Positions 61,497-64,000 of a DNA stretch of 64,000 bases are shown in pieces; within the stretch, counting starts at the first letter, position 1, and each line of letters opens with the position of its first letter. The stretch is from IMG/VR virus record IMGVR_UViG_3300026549_001031; one strand, 5' to 3'. Made by a program: the position numbers and the translations under genes. The notes below the pieces were generated by a model. The model searched no databases, had not been told where the DNA came from, and saw only the letters and a program-made list of their open reading frames with translations. Origin of the DNA: a virus (taxonomy: Duplodnaviria > Heunggongvirae > Uroviricota > Caudoviricetes).

Positions 61497-62012
61497 ATGG
61501 GAAACATTGAGAGTGAAAAGGTACATGTGGCAATAGTTGGTATGGGCAAGAATAATAAGGAAGTAAGCAGTAGAGATGTAGAACTTGCAGAGGCAGTCAG
61601 ACACCTGTACACATATTATATGGCTTATGACATCAATAGAGATGGGATAGACATTGAGCAGTTAAGAAATACCATGAGTAATGTGATTGGTGAACATAAG
61701 GAAATTGGGTGTGACCTAGGATTAAGTAAAGACAGCTCTGCAAGTGAGGTAGTGCTTGCATTTGATAAATTATCAAATGAACTTCAGAAAGAAGTAATTG
61801 AGCATATAGCTAAAGAAAGTTCTGCATCTAGTGAAAAAGATGAAACAGTGATGAAATTAGATGGCATGATTAAAAATGTCAACTTTGAGAGTTTAGTGAG
61901 AACTACAGAGTATGTTCCTGGTAGGAAAGAAAGAAGTATTGTTACTGGACCTAAGGAGTTTGGAATCAGTTTATTAGAAAAAAGAAGAGGGCATTACAAA
62001 AGACATTGGTAA
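61497..62012 (+). CDS. hypothetical protein
   Basis: ORF with SD. Confidence 0.55.
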   Translation: MGNIESEKVHVAIVGMGKNNKEVSSRDVELAEAVRHLYTYYMAYDINRDGIDIEQLRNTMSNVIGEHKEIGCDLGLSKDSSASEVVLAFDKLSNELQKEVIEHIAKESSASSEKDETVMKLDGMIKNVNFESLVRTTEYVPGRKERSIVTGPKEFGISLLEKRRGHYKRHW

Positions 62013-62114
62013 GTTTATAATAGCATTATCAATAATTTTCAAATAAACTTGAAAATTGAATATATTTATGGTATAATATAAATATATTAGGAAAGAGAAG
62101 TGAGGTAAACTTAA

Positions 62115-63029
62115 ATGATAAAAGGACATATTAAAAGAGAACGTAAACGTAAGAGAGTTTGTAAGAATATTACAAGAGTAACAATTGCAAGTGCAGTTGT
62201 AGCTTGTGGAATCACAGCAGGCATGAATGTTTATAGCTATAATACAAGACAGGATGCTGCTAAAGACATTAACAAAGTAATCAAGACAAGTGCAGTTGCA
62301 GTTGAGACAGAGGCTGATAAAGTTGAGAACATGACAATTTCAGTAGTTGCATCAGACAATGAGTTGTTAACATCATCATATGAAGAGGCTAACAATGATA
62401 CAGTAGCTAAGGCAGCAAGTGTAGTTAATGCAACATTGAATGATGAGGTCATAGACAAAGCTATTGATAATGCACAGAAGAAAAAAGAAAAGGCTCAGCT
62501 TGAAAAGATTGCAAACAGTGGTAAGAAGTGCAAATCAAGTTTAGTAGCTCAACAGACAGTCAATGTAAGAGAGATGCCTAGTCAAAATTCAGATAGACTT
62601 GGCAGTTTTAAAAAGGGCAGTTTAGTTGACACATTGTCCTTATGTAGCAACGGTTGGTATAAGGTAAGTTACAATGGAGATGAAGGCTTCGTACATGGGG
62701 ATTATCTGGATGAGGTGGCTCCTATGCTCAAGGTAGAGGCTACAGCTTATTGGAATAAGTACAATAGAAAGACAGCTGATGGCAGTAGTTGTAAGACTGG
62801 TATTACATTAGCAGGTAAGCGTTCATGGTTAGGTAAGGCATGTTACATCTACAGATGCAACTCTGATGGATCAGTCGGGGAATGCTTAGGGTACAGAGAG
62901 TTCCATGATACAGGCTATGGTAAAAATGGAGACATTCCTCGTGGAGAAACAATTGATATTTATATGCCTACAGAATCAGAGTGTAGACAGTGGGGAAGAA
63001 AGAATATTTACATTCAGTTTATCAACTAG
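62115..63029 (+). CDS. SH3b plus 3D-domain protein
   Basis: TM anchor; VNVREMP...GWYKV...GFVHGDYL SH3b; VEATAY...HDTG...IDIYM 3D motif; promoter 62049-62077. Confidence 0.8.
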   Translation: MIKGHIKRERKRKRVCKNITRVTIASAVVACGITAGMNVYSYNTRQDAAKDINKVIKTSAVAVETEADKVENMTISVVASDNELLTSSYEEANNDTVAKAASVVNATLNDEVIDKAIDNAQKKKEKAQLEKIANSGKKCKSSLVAQQTVNVREMPSQNSDRLGSFKKGSLVDTLSLCSNGWYKVSYNGDEGFVHGDYLDEVAPMLKVEATAYWNKYNRKTADGSSCKTGITLAGKRSWLGKACYIYRCNSDGSVGECLGYREFHDTGYGKNGDIPRGETIDIYMPTESECRQWGRKNIYIQFIN

Positions 63030-63047
63030 TCAGCTTATGGGAGGACA

Positions 63048-63860
63048 TTGGGAATGTATAAGGATATCTTCGGTAGGGATATTAAAGACATGGACGCAGT
63101 TGTAAGTGCTAGTCATAGTGGCAAGCTGACAGCTGGAATCTATTACAATAACAGGGTGATAGACCTTGAATCTGAAGACTGCATCACGCATACAAACATT
63201 ACACAGGTTGGTGATGTGATGGTCATTGACAAAAAGAATATGCAAGAGAAGTATGACAAGATTGTTGAACTCAACAGCAAGGAGTTTAATGCAGAGTGCA
63301 AGGAAATTACAGTGAATGACCTTGTTGAAGGTGGAATTTATGAGACAAAGACAGGTATCCAGTATATTTATCTTGGTCCTGCTTGGAAGCTCTATTCTTA
63401 CAAGAAAAACATTAGAAATGGAGCATATAGACGTTGTTTCTTTAAGCCTGGTAAGGAGAAATATGTGAGCAAAGGAAAAAATCTTGAGCAGCTTATCAAT
63501 GAGGCAATTGAGAGCATTGATGATGGAACTGATGGCATGTTAAGATTTTTTAAGTTCTCAACTCCTAAGTTGTATAGACTTGTAGGAATGATTGATGAGG
63601 ATGAGTTAAATGACTTCAAGGCATTTGGTCATATGGGAGTCATTGATAACAACATTAAGGACTTCACATTTTTAGAGACATACAACAGACACAGGATTTC
63701 AGCTATGTCATATGATATGTACTTTAGGGCAGGATATGGTGCTCGTATTGAGTTTGACTATGATCCTGAAATTGGTAGAGATGATGATAAGTATTTTGAA
63801 AGAACACTCAATGCAATTAAGCAAGCAGGTACAACACATGGTATCTTGGTAAGAGAATAA
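63048..63860 (+). CDS. hypothetical protein
   Basis: ORF with SD. Confidence 0.6.
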   Translation: MGMYKDIFGRDIKDMDAVVSASHSGKLTAGIYYNNRVIDLESEDCITHTNITQVGDVMVIDKKNMQEKYDKIVELNSKEFNAECKEITVNDLVEGGIYETKTGIQYIYLGPAWKLYSYKKNIRNGAYRRCFFKPGKEKYVSKGKNLEQLINEAIESIDDGTDGMLRFFKFSTPKLYRLVGMIDEDELNDFKAFGHMGVIDNNIKDFTFLETYNRHRISAMSYDMYFRAGYGARIEFDYDPEIGRDDDKYFERTLNAIKQAGTTHGILVRE

Positions 63861-63893
63861 GGGTTTAGCAGTAAAGAGTGAGAGGTTGCATAA

Positions 63894-64000
63894 ATGAAAA
63901 TATTGAGAGTGCAAAGTATTGAGTCAATGATAGACATGACTAAAAAAGATAATGGACCAGCTGAAATAAAAAGGGATACTAAGTCAGAAAAGGTAGATAC
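63894..64000 (+). CDS. hypothetical protein, truncated by window end
   Basis: GAGGT SD and ATG; frame open to the end of the window. Confidence 0.45.
   Translation, partial: MKILRVQSIESMIDMTKKDNGPAEIKRDTKSEKVD

Noticed and set aside
996-63914. All listed minus-strand ORFs and short alternate-frame plus-strand ORFs
   Set aside because: They overlap well-supported plus-strand genes, lack SD signals and read as antisense shadows (S/L/F-rich)
1-64000. Genome-wide stop-codon reassignment
   Set aside because: TAA, TAG and TGA all terminate full-length conserved or well-spaced genes; coding density is high under code 11

Overview
A 64 kb AT-rich, purine-skewed segment in which every credible gene lies on the + strand. 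It has Firmicutes-type SD sequences, sigma-A-like promoters and rho-independent terminators. No virion or core housekeeping operons are present. The content (many small unknown ORFs, one tRNA, DNA methylases, Pif1 helicases, a group I intron with a homing endonuclease, NAD/ADP-ribose enzymes and a dispersed ter stress module) best fits an accessory region of a large phage or phage-like element of a gut Clostridia/Lachnospiraceae-type host; this assignment is inference. The standout is a ~4.3 kb non-coding array (5804-10110) of roughly 100+ 37-nt units. Each unit has two alternating short repeats separated by variable ~9-nt segments, which is the architecture of a TIGR (tandem interspaced guide RNA) array. 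The two ends of each unit show clear A-T/G-C covariation. About 48 kb away, 57790-59043 encodes a Nop/IS110-C-terminal-like protein with no RuvC or HNH domain (TasA-like). Together they suggest an unlinked, very large, nuclease-less TIGR-Tas system. Other highlights: a group I intron splitting the GDG|VND motif of a P-type ATPase, a structured ncRNA region flanking an initiator-type tRNA-Met, and an NAD/ADP-ribose toolkit. All family calls come from motif recognition by eye; no database searches were run.
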